64,000 nucleotides of DNA. Source: an uncultured Gemmatimonadales bacterium (GTDB taxonomy: Bacteria > Gemmatimonadota > Gemmatimonadetes > Gemmatimonadales > GWC2-71-9). Under the pieces are notes generated by a model, which made no database searches, was not told where the DNA came from, and saw nothing but the letters and a program-made list of their open reading frames with translations. The stretch's first letter is position 1; the number at the start of each line of letters is the position of its first letter. The stretch is taken from the NCBI GenBank assembly GCA_963779755.1, contig CAVZZO010000003.1, positions 1,152,001 to 1,216,000 on the forward strand. The letters are read 5' to 3'. This document shows positions 24,108 to 34,221 of this stretch, piece by piece. The translations under genes and the position numbers were made by a program.

Positions 24108-26852
24108 TCAGTTCTCAGTCCTTTTCGCTTTCTCTCTCTTCTCTCCCCTCCATCCCACGACCACCTCCACCTCCCGCAGCGCCGACAGGGGCGATTCGAC
24201 GATCATGAGAAACCGCTGCCCGTCGGGGGTGACGTCGTAGCTGCGGGGGAACCAGACCGGGGGATAGGAGCCGGCAAAGAGGAAGGTCGGGTGCCCGGCC
24301 GTGCCGGTCGCCGGGTCCACCTCCAGCGCCATGAGGGAATCCCCGTTGCGATAGACCACCTCCCTGCCCTCCCGGGTCCAGAGCGGTTCCGCGCCACCGC
24401 CCGCTGAAAGCTGGACCCGCATTCGTCCGGGATCAGGAAAGGACTGGAGATACACCTCAAACCGGCCCGATTCGTCCGAATCGTAGACCAGCCACTTGCC
24501 GTTGGGCGAGAAATCGGGATGCCCCAGGTGCGGCCTCCCGGTCAGGTAGGTGCGAACGTCCGGGGGGCCGGCCAGCGAGGCGATGTCGATCTCCTGGGAG
24601 CTGGAATGATTGACGATGAACGCCAGCCGCTGGCCGTCGGGCGAAACCGACTGGACGAATTTGTCGTCCCGGCTGGTGACCACCGGCTGAGCAGGTGCAT
24701 CGCCCTCGGCGGCGTGGACGTAAATGTCGAAGGCCGGCTGTTCGGAGTTATAGAACAGGCCCTGGCCGTCGGCGGTCCACAACGGGCCGAACCCGGAATT
24801 CTGCTCGAATGTGGCACGGGTAAGGATGTCCCGTCCCGCATGGTAGACCCAGATGTCCCGCCGGGCGGGGCCCGACGCGACGCTGAAGGCAATCCTCCGG
24901 CCGTCGGCGGCGATGGCCGGGTTGGTGTAGAAGCCGGGCTGGAGCGGCACGGGCGCGGCCACCCCGGAGCGGGTGACCCAGAGCGGCCGGGTGTAGCTGT
25001 TGGCGGGATCGGCCGGGACGTAGGCCATCGCGCTGCCGGTCACGCTGTAGGCCGTCATCCCCGAACTGAGGTTCCCGCCCACATTCTGCACCACCGGGAG
25101 CGCGGGACCGGTGGCCCGGAGGTGGCGGACATCGAACGGCAGCGAAAACAGGGTCCCGTCCCTGGCATACATCAGCCGGCCTGACGCATAGCGGCCCATG
25201 ACGCCGGCCGGCACCAGAACCTGGCGCCGCCCGGTGGCGAGGTCCAGCACCTCGATCCGGGACTTGACCGCCGGGGTGACATAGTCGGTGAAGAGAACAT
25301 GTCGCCCATCGGGCAGGAGCTGGGGCCACCAATGCCCCAGTTCGCCGCTGGCGGTATCGGGCGCGGTCAGCATCTCGGCCTTCCCGCCTTCGGCGGACAC
25401 CCGCCAGAGGCCGCCCTGATAGGACGGCGTATAGATGATCCTGCCGTCCTCCCCCCAGGTGCCCCCGCCCCATTCGGCGTCGGCCAGCGTGGTGGGCGTG
25501 CCCCCGGTGACCGGCACTTTCACCAGCTTTCCGTTGGCGGAGAAGGCAATCCAGTCCCCGTCGGGCGAGAAGCACGGGCCGAGGGCACCGTCCGTGCCGG
25601 GAATCGCCGTCACCTCGAGCCGTCCCAGCTCACGCAGGAACAACTGCCGCCGCCCGGCATGGGTCACTTCCATCAGGAGCCGCGAGCCGTCGGGCGAGAG
25701 CAGCACGGTCGGCTCGCCGTCGAACAGCCGGTCCCCGGGCGGCAGCGTCACGGTGAACCGCACCGGCCCACCGGCGGCCCCCTGGTCTCCCCTCCGGAGG
25801 AGTACGAGCGCAAGCGCGAAGAGTGCGCCGGCAGCGACGAGGGCGAGCACGGCGATCGCGACCCGGCTCCGGATACCTGATCGCCGGGCGAGCTCGGCTG
25901 TCCGGGCCCGGCTGCCCCGGCCGCTGGTTTCCTCCCGGGCCGCCGGTGCGGGGCCCGCGAGCGCGGCGGCGAACTCGGCCGCGCTGGCAAAGCGGTCGGC
26001 CGGCAGCTTCTCCAGAGCCTTGCCCACCGCGGCTTCGACCTGCAGCGGGATGGTACGACGCTCCAGGGACAGGGGCCGCGGATCCTCCGTCATCACCCGC
26101 GCGGCGATGGCCTGAGCGGTGGGCCCGGTGAACGGCGGCTCGCCCGCCAGCATTTCGTAGAGCACGCAGCCCAGGGCATAGATGTCGGCCTTGGGGGTCA
26201 GGTCCCGCACGCCCATGGCCTGTTCCGGCGCCATGTAGGCCGGCGTGCCCAGGCTCAGCCCCGTCTCGGTGATCCGCGCGGCACCCTCCGAGCGGCTCGC
26301 CGCCAGCGCGATCCCGAAATCCGCCACCAGGGCATGGCCGCCGTAGAGCAGGATGTTCTCCGGCTTGATGTCGCGGTGGATCACCCCCTGGCCGTGGGCG
26401 TACTGCAGCGCGTCCGCCACCTCGGTGGCGATGCGGATCGCGTCCTCCACCGGCAGCTGCTGCTCCCGGGTGAGCCGGTCGCGCAGCGATTCGCCCTCGA
26501 CGAAAGGCATGACGTAATAGAGGAGGGCGGTCGGGCGGTCGGGCGGAAAGGCGGTCGGTGCCTCCGCACCCCGATGGACCTCCGCGTCTACCGGGACATC
26601 GATGCGCCCGCTGTCCAGCAGCGGCAGAATGTGGGGATGGTGCAGGTTGGCGGTGAGACGGATTTCCTTGAGAAACCGCTCGGAGCCCAGAATGGCCGCA
26701 AGGTCGGGCCGTAACACCTTGAGCGCCACCGGCCGCTCGTGCTTCAGGTCCTGCGCCAGGTAGACGGTCGCCATCCCCCCCGCGCCGAGTTCGCGCGTGA
26801 TGCCGTAACGGCCGGCCAGACCGGACTGGAGTTGTTCGGTGGAGATAAACAT
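24108..26852 (-). CDS. Hanks-type Ser/Thr protein kinase with TM helix and TolB/PD40-like beta-propeller
   Basis: 'LGAGGMATVY', 'VALK', 'HRDIKPEN', 'DFG', 'YMAPEQ', a TM helix, then repeated 'SPDG/SPNG' blades. Confidence 0.95.
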   Translation of the reverse strand: MFISTEQLQSGLAGRYGITRELGAGGMATVYLAQDLKHERPVALKVLRPDLAAILGSERFLKEIRLTANLHHPHILPLLDSGRIDVPVDAEVHRGAEAPTAFPPDRPTALLYYVMPFVEGESLRDRLTREQQLPVEDAIRIATEVADALQYAHGQGVIHRDIKPENILLYGGHALVADFGIALAASRSEGAARITETGLSLGTPAYMAPEQAMGVRDLTPKADIYALGCVLYEMLAGEPPFTGPTAQAIAARVMTEDPRPLSLERRTIPLQVEAAVGKALEKLPADRFASAAEFAAALAGPAPAAREETSGRGSRARTAELARRSGIRSRVAIAVLALVAAGALFALALVLLRRGDQGAAGGPVRFTVTLPPGDRLFDGEPTVLLSPDGSRLLMEVTHAGRRQLFLRELGRLEVTAIPGTDGALGPCFSPDGDWIAFSANGKLVKVPVTGGTPTTLADAEWGGGTWGEDGRIIYTPSYQGGLWRVSAEGGKAEMLTAPDTASGELGHWWPQLLPDGRHVLFTDYVTPAVKSRIEVLDLATGRRQVLVPAGVMGRYASGRLMYARDGTLFSLPFDVRHLRATGPALPVVQNVGGNLSSGMTAYSVTGSAMAYVPADPANSYTRPLWVTRSGVAAPVPLQPGFYTNPAIAADGRRIAFSVASGPARRDIWVYHAGRDILTRATFEQNSGFGPLWTADGQGLFYNSEQPAFDIYVHAAEGDAPAQPVVTSRDDKFVQSVSPDGQRLAFIVNHSSSQEIDIASLAGPPDVRTYLTGRPHLGHPDFSPNGKWLVYDSDESGRFEVYLQSFPDPGRMRVQLSAGGGAEPLWTREGREVVYRNGDSLMALEVDPATGTAGHPTFLFAGSYPPVWFPRSYDVTPDGQRFLMIVESPLSALREVEVVVGWRGEKREKAKRTEN

Positions 26853-26876
26853 GGATTACTACAAGATAGGGGATAG

Positions 26877-27210
26877 CACTGGGGACCGGCGACTGGGGAC
26901 TGGGACTGGGGACGCCACGCTGCGTGTCACCCTGAGGGAGCGCAGCGACCGAAGGGGCCGAAAACCGAGGAGGGCTTCGGCCCCTTCGCTTCGCTCAGGG
27001 TGACAATCGCATCCCCTCAGTCCTCAGTCCGAGGACTGAGGGCTGAAAACTGAGTCCACCCGAAGCCGATGGCTCCCGGAGCGGGCGTAGGTGCCCGTGC
27101 GCAGCGGGGAGCTAATCGCCTGATAGCACCTCCAGGCCGCGGAGGGAGCCACGGCGAGGGTGGACGGTGGACTCCAATCGCCTGCCAGCACCTCCAGGCC
27201 GCGGAGGGAG
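26877..27210. repeat. Composite repeat: (ACTGGGG)n, 81-bp REPIN (26925-27005), (CTCAGTC)n, 112-bp hairpin element (27054-27165), partial copy
   Basis: Each component matches copies elsewhere in the window. Confidence 0.9.
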
Positions 27211-27213
27211 TCG

Positions 27214-29373
27214 CTACGGCTCCCTGGGCCCCACGAAGTCCACCGAGCGCAGCCGCAGGTTGGGCCCGTGCACCGGGCAATAGAAGATGGGCTGGGTGCC
27301 CGGCAGGAACGCCTCGGTATAGACCGAATCGCCCGGGCAGTCGGGGGTCGCCAGATAGCCGGTCGTCCGGTCAATGCTGGCGAAGGTGAGCCCGGAGGGG
27401 GCCGACCAGTCGGAGGCGGAGGCGGTGTCGCCCACCTGCCGCATCATGCTGGTCCAGACCGGCGCCGCCAGCCGGCCGCCCTGCGCGTTACCCATGATGC
27501 GCTGCGGCAGGTCCATGCCGATCCAGGTGCCCGTCACCAGAGTCGGGGTGAAGCCGACGAACCAGGCGTCCGCGAAGTCGTCGGTGGTGCCGGTCTTGCC
27601 CGCCGCCAGGCCGCGGAACCCGGCGCCCGTCACCGCGGAGTAGGCGGTGCCGCGGCGAACGACGTCCTGCATGGCGCTGCGGAGCAGCCAGGTTTCGGCG
27701 GGGGTCAGCACCCGGATGGTGTCCGGCTTCGCCTGATAGAGCACATGCCCGGCCCGGTCTTCCACCCGGGTGACGGCGTAGGGCACCGCCCGCACGCCGT
27801 CGGTGGCGAAGGCGGTATAGGCCGCCACCAGCTGCAGCGGCACCACGCTGGCCGAGCCGATGAAGATGCTGGGAAACGGCGGGATAGGCGTGCTGATGCC
27901 GAAATGCCGGGCTTCCTCCCGCACCACCGACGTGCCGACCTCCATGCCGATCCGCACCGCCACCAGGTTGACCGAGCGGTAGATCGCCTGGCGCACGGTG
28001 ACGGGATCGTCGCCCATTTCGCCGAAATTGTGCGGCGACCAGGGTTCGCTGTCGCCGGGGGCCGGCGCCACCGTGAGCGGCGAGTCGCTGACCAGGCGCG
28101 ACAGGGGGATGCCGCTGTGCACCGCCGCCGCGTAGACGAAGGGCTTGAAGGTGCTCCCCGCCTGGCGGCGCGCCTGGGTCACCCGGTTGAACTTGCTGTC
28201 CTCGAAGTCGCGGCCGCCCACCAGGGCGCGGATCCCGCCGGTCCGCGGGTCGATCGAAACCACCAGCCCCTGCAGATAGGACGTGGCACCGCCCGCCGCG
28301 GCGGCGGTGTCGTCGCGCTCGCGGATGGCGCGGTAGGATGCGCGGGGATACCGACCCAGCGCGCCCGACTCGATCCGCTCCAGCTGCTGCTCCAGCGACC
28401 GCTCGGCTGCCCGCTGGGCGGTGAGATCCAGGGTGGTGTAGATCCTGAGCCCGCCGCGGTAGAGGCGGTCGCCATATTGCGGCTCCAGTTGGCGGCGCAC
28501 GTGCTCCACGAAATAGGGCGCGATGTCGGCGTTCTCGGCCCGGTCGGTGAGCGAGAGGGGCGCGCGCCGCCACTCCCGCGCCTGGCCGGCGCTGAGGAAG
28601 CCGGCGTCGCGCATGAGGCCGAGCACCACGTTGCGCCGGGCCAGCGCGAGGCGGGGATGCCGGCGCGGGTTGTAGGTGTTGGGCGCCTTGGGCAGCGCCG
28701 CCAGCGTTGCCGCCTCGGCGGGATTGAGATCGGTGACCGGCTTCCCGAAGTAACGCCGCGCCGCCGCTTCCACGCCGAAGACCCGGTCGCCCAGCGGGAT
28801 CTGATTGAGATACAGTTCCAGGATCCGTTGCTTGGGATAGCGGCGCTCGATCTCCCAGGCCATCTGCATTTCGCGGATCTTGCGGGAGAGCGACCGGTCA
28901 TAGCCGTTGATATCATCGGGCCAGAGATTCCGGGCCAGCTGCATGGTGATGGTCGAGAACCCCTGCACCAGCCCGCCGGCGAACAGATCGGCCTTGACGG
29001 CGCCGAGCACCCGCAGGTAGTCCACCCCGTGGTGGCGGTAGAACCGCTTGTCCTCGGTAGCCACGAAGGCCTCGCGCACGGCGGGCGGGATCTGGTCCAG
29101 GGGCACCACCCGGCGCCATTCCGTGCCGTAGGTGGCGATGACGCGGCCGTTCCGGTCATAGACCTGGGACGACTCGTCCGGGCTCCAACCGGTCAGGCGG
29201 TCAAGCGAGGGACAGGCCCCGTGGCCGCAGGCGGCGTACCATCCGGCCAGCAGGGGGGCATAGATGAGGATCGCCGCCACCGCCGCCACCACCGCGATCC
29301 GGTCGAACCGGCGGCTGTGAGCCCACCAGGAGCGGAGGAAGGAGGGAATCGGGATGCGGCGCATGAGGGACAC
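27214..29373 (-). CDS. Class A penicillin-binding protein (PBP1A family), paralog of 21166..23331
   Basis: 'EDKRFYRHHGVD', 'GFSTITMQLARN', 'STFK', 'SVN', 'KTGT'. Start may be ATG 29364. Confidence 0.95.
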   Translation of the reverse strand: MSLMRRIPIPSFLRSWWAHSRRFDRIAVVAAVAAILIYAPLLAGWYAACGHGACPSLDRLTGWSPDESSQVYDRNGRVIATYGTEWRRVVPLDQIPPAVREAFVATEDKRFYRHHGVDYLRVLGAVKADLFAGGLVQGFSTITMQLARNLWPDDINGYDRSLSRKIREMQMAWEIERRYPKQRILELYLNQIPLGDRVFGVEAAARRYFGKPVTDLNPAEAATLAALPKAPNTYNPRRHPRLALARRNVVLGLMRDAGFLSAGQAREWRRAPLSLTDRAENADIAPYFVEHVRRQLEPQYGDRLYRGGLRIYTTLDLTAQRAAERSLEQQLERIESGALGRYPRASYRAIRERDDTAAAAGGATSYLQGLVVSIDPRTGGIRALVGGRDFEDSKFNRVTQARRQAGSTFKPFVYAAAVHSGIPLSRLVSDSPLTVAPAPGDSEPWSPHNFGEMGDDPVTVRQAIYRSVNLVAVRIGMEVGTSVVREEARHFGISTPIPPFPSIFIGSASVVPLQLVAAYTAFATDGVRAVPYAVTRVEDRAGHVLYQAKPDTIRVLTPAETWLLRSAMQDVVRRGTAYSAVTGAGFRGLAAGKTGTTDDFADAWFVGFTPTLVTGTWIGMDLPQRIMGNAQGGRLAAPVWTSMMRQVGDTASASDWSAPSGLTFASIDRTTGYLATPDCPGDSVYTEAFLPGTQPIFYCPVHGPNLRLRSVDFVGPREP

Positions 29374-29419
29374 GGTACCACCCCCCGGCCGGCGGAGCCA
29401 TGATAAGGATCACGTGAGG

Positions 29420-29538
29420 GTCGCTAGTCGTTAGTCGTTAGTCTGGCCACCCTGGCGTCCGGCGAAGTTTCGCCCGTCTATCCGGAGGGAGCGACTAGCA
29501 ACTAGCGATTAACGACTGGCGACTGGCGACTGGCGACT
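29420..29538. repeat. Inverted heptamer arrays (GTCGYTA)x3 ... (GCGACTR)x7
   Basis: Lies in the divergent PBP/tyrS intergenic region. Same family as 17849-17945. Confidence 0.85.
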
Positions 29539-29560
29539 CTCCTGCTAACTTCTTCCCTCC

Positions 29561-30832
29561 ATGCTCCCCACCCTCCTCGACCACCTCGCCGCCCGCGGCC
29601 TGGTGCAGGATGCCACCCCGGGGCTGGCGGACCGGCTCGCGAACCGCCCCATCACCGGTTACGTGGGCTTCGACCCGACTGCCCCTTCGCTGCACGTGGG
29701 CAACCTGGTGCCGGTGATGGGGCTGGCCTGGCTGCAGCGCGAAGGGGGAACGCCGTTCGTAGTGGTGGGCGGGGGCACCGGGATGGTGGGCGATCCCAGC
29801 GGCAAGCGGGCGGAGCGGCCGGTCCTGCCGGTCGAGGAGATCGACGCCAATGCGGCCCGCATGCGGGAGCAGCTGCGCCGCTTCCTGCGTTTCGACGGGC
29901 CCGGCGCCGCCCGCATGTTCAATAACGCCGACTGGCTGCGCAGCCTGGGCCTGATGGACTTCCTGCGGGACGTGGGGAAGCACTTCACCCTGAGCTACAT
30001 GATGCAGAAGGAGGCGGTGCGCACCCGGCTGGAGACGGGGATCTCATTCACCGAATTCGCCTACATGCTGGTGCAGGCCTACGACTACTGGCATCTCTTC
30101 CGTACCGAGAACTGCGAGCTGCAGATGGGCGGGAGCGACCAGTGGGGGAACATCACCGCCGGCATCGAGCTGGTGGGGCGGAGGGAAGGGGCCCAGGTGC
30201 ATGGCCTGGTTTTCCCCCTGCTCACCACCGCCAGCGGAGCCAAGTTCGGCAAGAGCGAGGAGGGCAACGTCTGGCTCGATCCGGAGCGGACCAGTCCCTA
30301 CAAGTTCTACCAGTTCTGGCTCAACACCGAGGACGCCGACGCCGAGCGCCTGCTCCGGCTCTTCACCTTCCTGTCGCTCGACGAGATCGCCGCCCTCATG
30401 CGGGAGCACGCGGCCGACCCCGGCCGGCGGCACGCGCAGCGGGCGCTGGCGCGCGACGTCACCGCCCGGGTGCACGGGCCGGAGGCCGCCGAGCGGGCCA
30501 TCGAAGCCAGCCGGGCGCTGTTCGGCGGCAGGGGCGAAGTCTCGGTGGCGGCCATCGTGGAAGCCGGCGAGGACATCCCCGCGTGCCAGGTGCCGGGCGC
30601 GGAGTTCCATGCCGGCCTGGCGCTGGTGGATGCGCTGGTGCGCGCCGGCCTCGCCGGCAGCAAGGCCGATGCCCGACGGGGCATCCAGGGGAAGGGCTAC
30701 TACGTCAACGAGAACCAGATCGACGAGGTAGGCTTCCGCCTGGGGCCGGAACACCTGCAGCAGGCGGGCGGCGAGCAGTTCGTGCTGCTCCGGAAGGGAA
30801 AGAAGAACTACGTGCGGCTGGTGGTGCGGTGA
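29561..30832 (+). CDS. tyrS: Tyrosine--tRNA ligase
   Basis: '[13 protein letters not shown]', 'GGSDQWGNI', 'KFGKS', C-terminal S4 domain 'LRKGKKNY'. Confidence 0.98.
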   Translation: MLPTLLDHLAARGLVQDATPGLADRLANRPITGYVGFDPTAPSLHVGNLVPVMGLAWLQREGGTPFVVVGGGTGMVGDPSGKRAERPVLPVEEIDANAARMREQLRRFLRFDGPGAARMFNNADWLRSLGLMDFLRDVGKHFTLSYMMQKEAVRTRLETGISFTEFAYMLVQAYDYWHLFRTENCELQMGGSDQWGNITAGIELVGRREGAQVHGLVFPLLTTASGAKFGKSEEGNVWLDPERTSPYKFYQFWLNTEDADAERLLRLFTFLSLDEIAALMREHAADPGRRHAQRALARDVTARVHGPEAAERAIEASRALFGGRGEVSVAAIVEAGEDIPACQVPGAEFHAGLALVDALVRAGLAGSKADARRGIQGKGYYVNENQIDEVGFRLGPEHLQQAGGEQFVLLRKGKKNYVRLVVR

Positions 30833-31974
30833 GCCTCCTCCAGCACCCCCACCACCCTCTCCATCTCCTCCATCGTGTTGTAGACGTGCGGGCTCAGCCG
30901 GATGCTGCCCTCGCGCAGGCTGCAGATGACGCCGGCTTCGCGCAGCCGCTCATGGCAGCGGGCCGGCTCCGGCGGCACCACGCAGATGATCCCGCTGGCG
31001 TGCTCGCCCCGGGGCGAAGCGAGGGGGATGCCGCGGCGAGCGGCCCATTCCTCGATGGGGCGGCGCAGCCCCAGCACATGCTCGCTTATCGGGCCGATCC
31101 CGAGCTCCAGCAGCAGCTCCAGCGAGCTGTTCATTCCCGCAAAATCCTGGTACGGCAGGGTCACCACCTCGAACCGCCGCGCGTCGCTCCGCAGCTCTTC
31201 GCGATAGCGGGTAAGCTGGGTGAAATCGTCGGTGCCTTCGTAGGCCATCCAGCCCGCCAGGGGGGGCGTGAGCTGCTCGATCAGGCTCTCCCGCACGTGG
31301 AAGAACCCGGAGCCCCAGGGCGAGCAGAGCCACTTCTGCGCGCCGCAGGAGAGGATGTCCACGGGCGTCTCCGCCAGGTCGACCGGGAGGTGGCCCAGCC
31401 CCTGGATCGCGTCCACCACCAGCCAGGTGCCGGTTTCCGCCGCCGCCCGCGACAGGCGCCCCAGGTCCACCCGGTAGCCGTTGCTGAACTGCACCAGGGA
31501 GACCGCCAGCGCCTTCACCTGGGGGTCGGCCATGCGGCCCACCAGATAGTCCTCGTCGGGCCAGCCCTGCGGCGTCACCCCGGCCAGCTCCAGGCTCACG
31601 CCTTTCGAACGCAGCGCCATCCAGGGATAGACATTGGCGGGAAACTCGCGGTCGCTCACCAGCACGATGTCGCCCGCGACAAAGGGCAGCGCCAGCGCCG
31701 CGATGTTGAGCCCGAAACTGGTGTTGGTGGCCAGCGCGATGGTCCGGGGCGGCACGTTCAGCAGTTGGCCGGCCAGCCGGCGCGACGTCACCAGCAGGTC
31801 GAGAAACCAGGGTTCCTCCAGCCGGTGCAGCTCCGCCCGGCGGCGGTTGAAATCGGCCAGCACCCGCACCGTGCGCGCCGGCAGCGGGCCGATGGAGGCG
31901 TTGTTGAGATAGGTGGCCTGGGAAGTCCAGGGGAATTCCCGCGCCCGGAGATCGCTGATGTCCATGGGCTGCAT
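30808..31974 (-). CDS. Class V PLP-dependent aminotransferase (cysteine desulfurase/lyase-like)
   Basis: 'YLNNASIGP', 'EFPANVYPW', 'VDAIQGLG', 'GAQKWL', '[10 protein letters not shown]'. Confidence 0.9.
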   Translation of the reverse strand: MQPMDISDLRAREFPWTSQATYLNNASIGPLPARTVRVLADFNRRRAELHRLEEPWFLDLLVTSRRLAGQLLNVPPRTIALATNTSFGLNIAALALPFVAGDIVLVSDREFPANVYPWMALRSKGVSLELAGVTPQGWPDEDYLVGRMADPQVKALAVSLVQFSNGYRVDLGRLSRAAAETGTWLVVDAIQGLGHLPVDLAETPVDILSCGAQKWLCSPWGSGFFHVRESLIEQLTPPLAGWMAYEGTDDFTQLTRYREELRSDARRFEVVTLPYQDFAGMNSSLELLLELGIGPISEHVLGLRRPIEEWAARRGIPLASPRGEHASGIICVVPPEPARCHERLREAGVICSLREGSIRLSPHVYNTMEEMERVVGVLEEAHRTTSRT

Positions 31975-32006
31975 AACGAGGTAACGCTCCGTGGTGTTTA
32001 CCGGAA

Positions 32007-32195
32007 GGAATCAGGCATCAGGAATCAGGAATCAGGAATCAGGAATCAGGAATCAGGCATCAGGAATCAGGAATCAGGAATCAGGCATCAGGCATCAGGA
32101 ATCAGGAATCAGGGGTGGGCAGCAGTCATCTGCCCGGAATCCGCTCTTCACGGAGCAGCCCTGGTCCCCGATTCCCGGTTCCTGCTCCCTGTTTT
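32007..32195. repeat. (GGAATCA)x15 array with a degenerate inverted partner at 32159-32195
   Basis: The array spans 32007-32111. The partner lies in the last codons of the ABC permease. Confidence 0.92.
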
Positions 32196-33074
32196 CGGGT
32201 CCCACGCTTCGCGCAACGCATCTCCCACCAGATTGAACCCCATGACCGCGATGCCGATGGCGATGCCGGGCGCGAAAGACACCCACGGAGCCACGCGGAG
32301 CAGGTCCCGGCCGTCGGCCACCATGGCGCCCCAACTGGGGGTGGGGGGCTGCGCGCCCAGGCCGATGAACGAGAGCGCCGCTTCCGCCATGATGGCGCCG
32401 GCCATGCCCAGAGTCGCCGCGACGATGACCTGGGCCCGGACATTGGGCAGGAGATGGCGCCAGAGAATCCGCCGGTCTCGCGCCCCCAGGGCGCGGGCCG
32501 CGCTGACATATTCCGCCTCGCGCAGCACCAGCACCTGGCCCCGGACCAGCCGGGCCATGCCGGCCCAGCCCACCACCCCGATGATGACGAAGACGACGGG
32601 AAGCGACGGGCGGACGGCCGCCGCCACGGCGATGAGCAGCAGCAGCGTGGGGAAGGCGAGCGTCACATCGGCCAGGCGCATGATGACGCTCTCCACCCAG
32701 CGGCCGTAGTAACCCGCCACCAGGCCGAGCGTCACCCCGGCGGTAACGGCCACGGTCTGGGAAATGAGCCCCACGGCCAGCGATATTCTGGCACCGAAGA
32801 GCACCCGGCTCAGGACATCGCGCCCCTGGCTGTCCGTGCCCAGCAGATAAGGCCAGCCGGGTGGCCTGAGATATGCATTCTTGAGATCGCCGGCCAGCGG
32901 ATCATGGGGGGCCAGCCAGGGCGCCAGCAGCGCCGCCAGCACCACCACCAGGACCAGGATTCCCCCTGTCAGGAAGAGCCGGTCCCGGCCGAAGATGCGG
33001 AACAGAGCGCGGGCGCCGCGGGCCGCCCGGAAGATGCCGGGCTGTCCTCCGTCTGGGGCAGCGGGGGGATTCAC
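32148..33074 (-). CDS. Peptide/nickel ABC transporter permease (DppC/OppC-like)
   Basis: 'LGTDSQGRDVLSRVLFGARISL', EAA loop 'EYVSAARALGA', 'EAALSFIGLG..PPTPSWG'. Start position approximate. Confidence 0.92.
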   Translation of the reverse strand: MNPPAAPDGGQPGIFRAARGARALFRIFGRDRLFLTGGILVLVVVLAALLAPWLAPHDPLAGDLKNAYLRPPGWPYLLGTDSQGRDVLSRVLFGARISLAVGLISQTVAVTAGVTLGLVAGYYGRWVESVIMRLADVTLAFPTLLLLIAVAAAVRPSLPVVFVIIGVVGWAGMARLVRGQVLVLREAEYVSAARALGARDRRILWRHLLPNVRAQVIVAATLGMAGAIMAEAALSFIGLGAQPPTPSWGAMVADGRDLLRVAPWVSFAPGIAIGIAVMGFNLVGDALREAWDPKTGSRNRESGTRAAP

Positions 33075-33159
33075 AACGACACGCCCCGGGTGAGGGGCGG
33101 CACTGGATGGCGCGTCATCGCGGGGTACATTACCCACGTCCCGCAGGGGAGAGCAAGCA

Positions 33160-34221
33160 GTGAAGCTCGATCGTCCGTTTACGCTGGTGCTTGGCGGGGG
33201 AGGCATGAAAGGCCTTGCCCATATCGGCGTGCTGCGCGGTCTGGCCGAGCGCGGCCTCTTCCCCTCCGCCATCCTGGGTACCAGCATGGGGGCCATGATC
33301 GGCGCCACCTGGGCGGCCGGCATGACCATCGACGAGATGGCCGCCCGGGCCCGCCGGCTGCGCCGCCGCGACATCTTCCAGATCGCCCACACCGACATGG
33401 CCTTCCGCCGCATGCGCGCGCCCGCCGTCTACCGCCGGGAGCCGCTGGACCTGCTGCTGCGGGAAATGGTGGGCGAGGTCAGCTTCGACCAGTTGCGCCG
33501 GCCGCTGCTGGTCAACACGGTGGATCTCGAAGCGGGGATCCAGCGGATCTGGGGTGTACCGGGCTATCGCGACGTGTCGGTGGCGGACGCCGTCTTCGCC
33601 TCCTGCGCGCTGCCCGGCATCCTGCCGCCGCGGGAAATCCGCGGCCGCCTGCATGCCGACGGCGCCGTGGTGGACAACCTGCCGGTGCGGGCGGCGGCCC
33701 AGGCCGTGCCGGGCCCCATAGTGGCGGTGGACGTGGGTGGCGCCGCGCTGGTGCGCACCCGGGCCGAAACCGCCGGGTTCGCCGGCACCTACATCCGGGC
33801 GCTGGAGATCGTCATGCAGACGATCATCACCAGCAACCTGGCCGCGTGGACGTCGCCCGACCTCCTGCTCATCCGGCCGGCGCTGCACGACATGCCGATG
33901 TTCGCCTTCAACCGCACCGACGAGCTGCTGGAGCGCGGCTATCAGGCGGCGCTCGCCACCCTCGACCAGTTGGCGGCTACCCCCACGCTGAACGGCGGCG
34001 GGATTTATCCCAAGCGGGAGGTCCTGCTGTCGCTGGATGCAGAGCGCTGCACCGGCTGCGGGTACTGCAGCCGGGTGGCGCCACGGGTCTTCCGGCAGGC
34101 GCCGGACGGAAAAGCCGAGGTGATTGCGCCCCGGCAGGTCTGGTCGCCGGTGGACGGGTCGTATCTCTGGAACTGTCCCGCGGGCGCCATCACCGCGCGG
34201 ACCCTCACCCCGGACGACTGA
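33160..34221 (+). CDS. Patatin-like phospholipase fused to a C-terminal single-cluster ferredoxin domain
   Basis: 'GGGGMKG', 'GTSMG', 'DGA', and C-terminal 'CTGCGYC...APRVF...NCPAGAI'. Confidence 0.88.
   Translation: MKLDRPFTLVLGGGGMKGLAHIGVLRGLAERGLFPSAILGTSMGAMIGATWAAGMTIDEMAARARRLRRRDIFQIAHTDMAFRRMRAPAVYRREPLDLLLREMVGEVSFDQLRRPLLVNTVDLEAGIQRIWGVPGYRDVSVADAVFASCALPGILPPREIRGRLHADGAVVDNLPVRAAAQAVPGPIVAVDVGGAALVRTRAETAGFAGTYIRALEIVMQTIITSNLAAWTSPDLLLIRPALHDMPMFAFNRTDELLERGYQAALATLDQLAATPTLNGGGIYPKREVLLSLDAERCTGCGYCSRVAPRVFRQAPDGKAEVIAPRQVWSPVDGSYLWNCPAGAITARTLTPDD

Noticed and set aside
21124..32709. Long antisense or alternate-frame ORFs (e.g. 21124..23391, 27160..29403, 30142..32709)
   Set aside because: Shadow ORFs expected in high-GC DNA. 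They overlap well-supported genes and have Arg/Pro/Gly-rich, motif-free translations.
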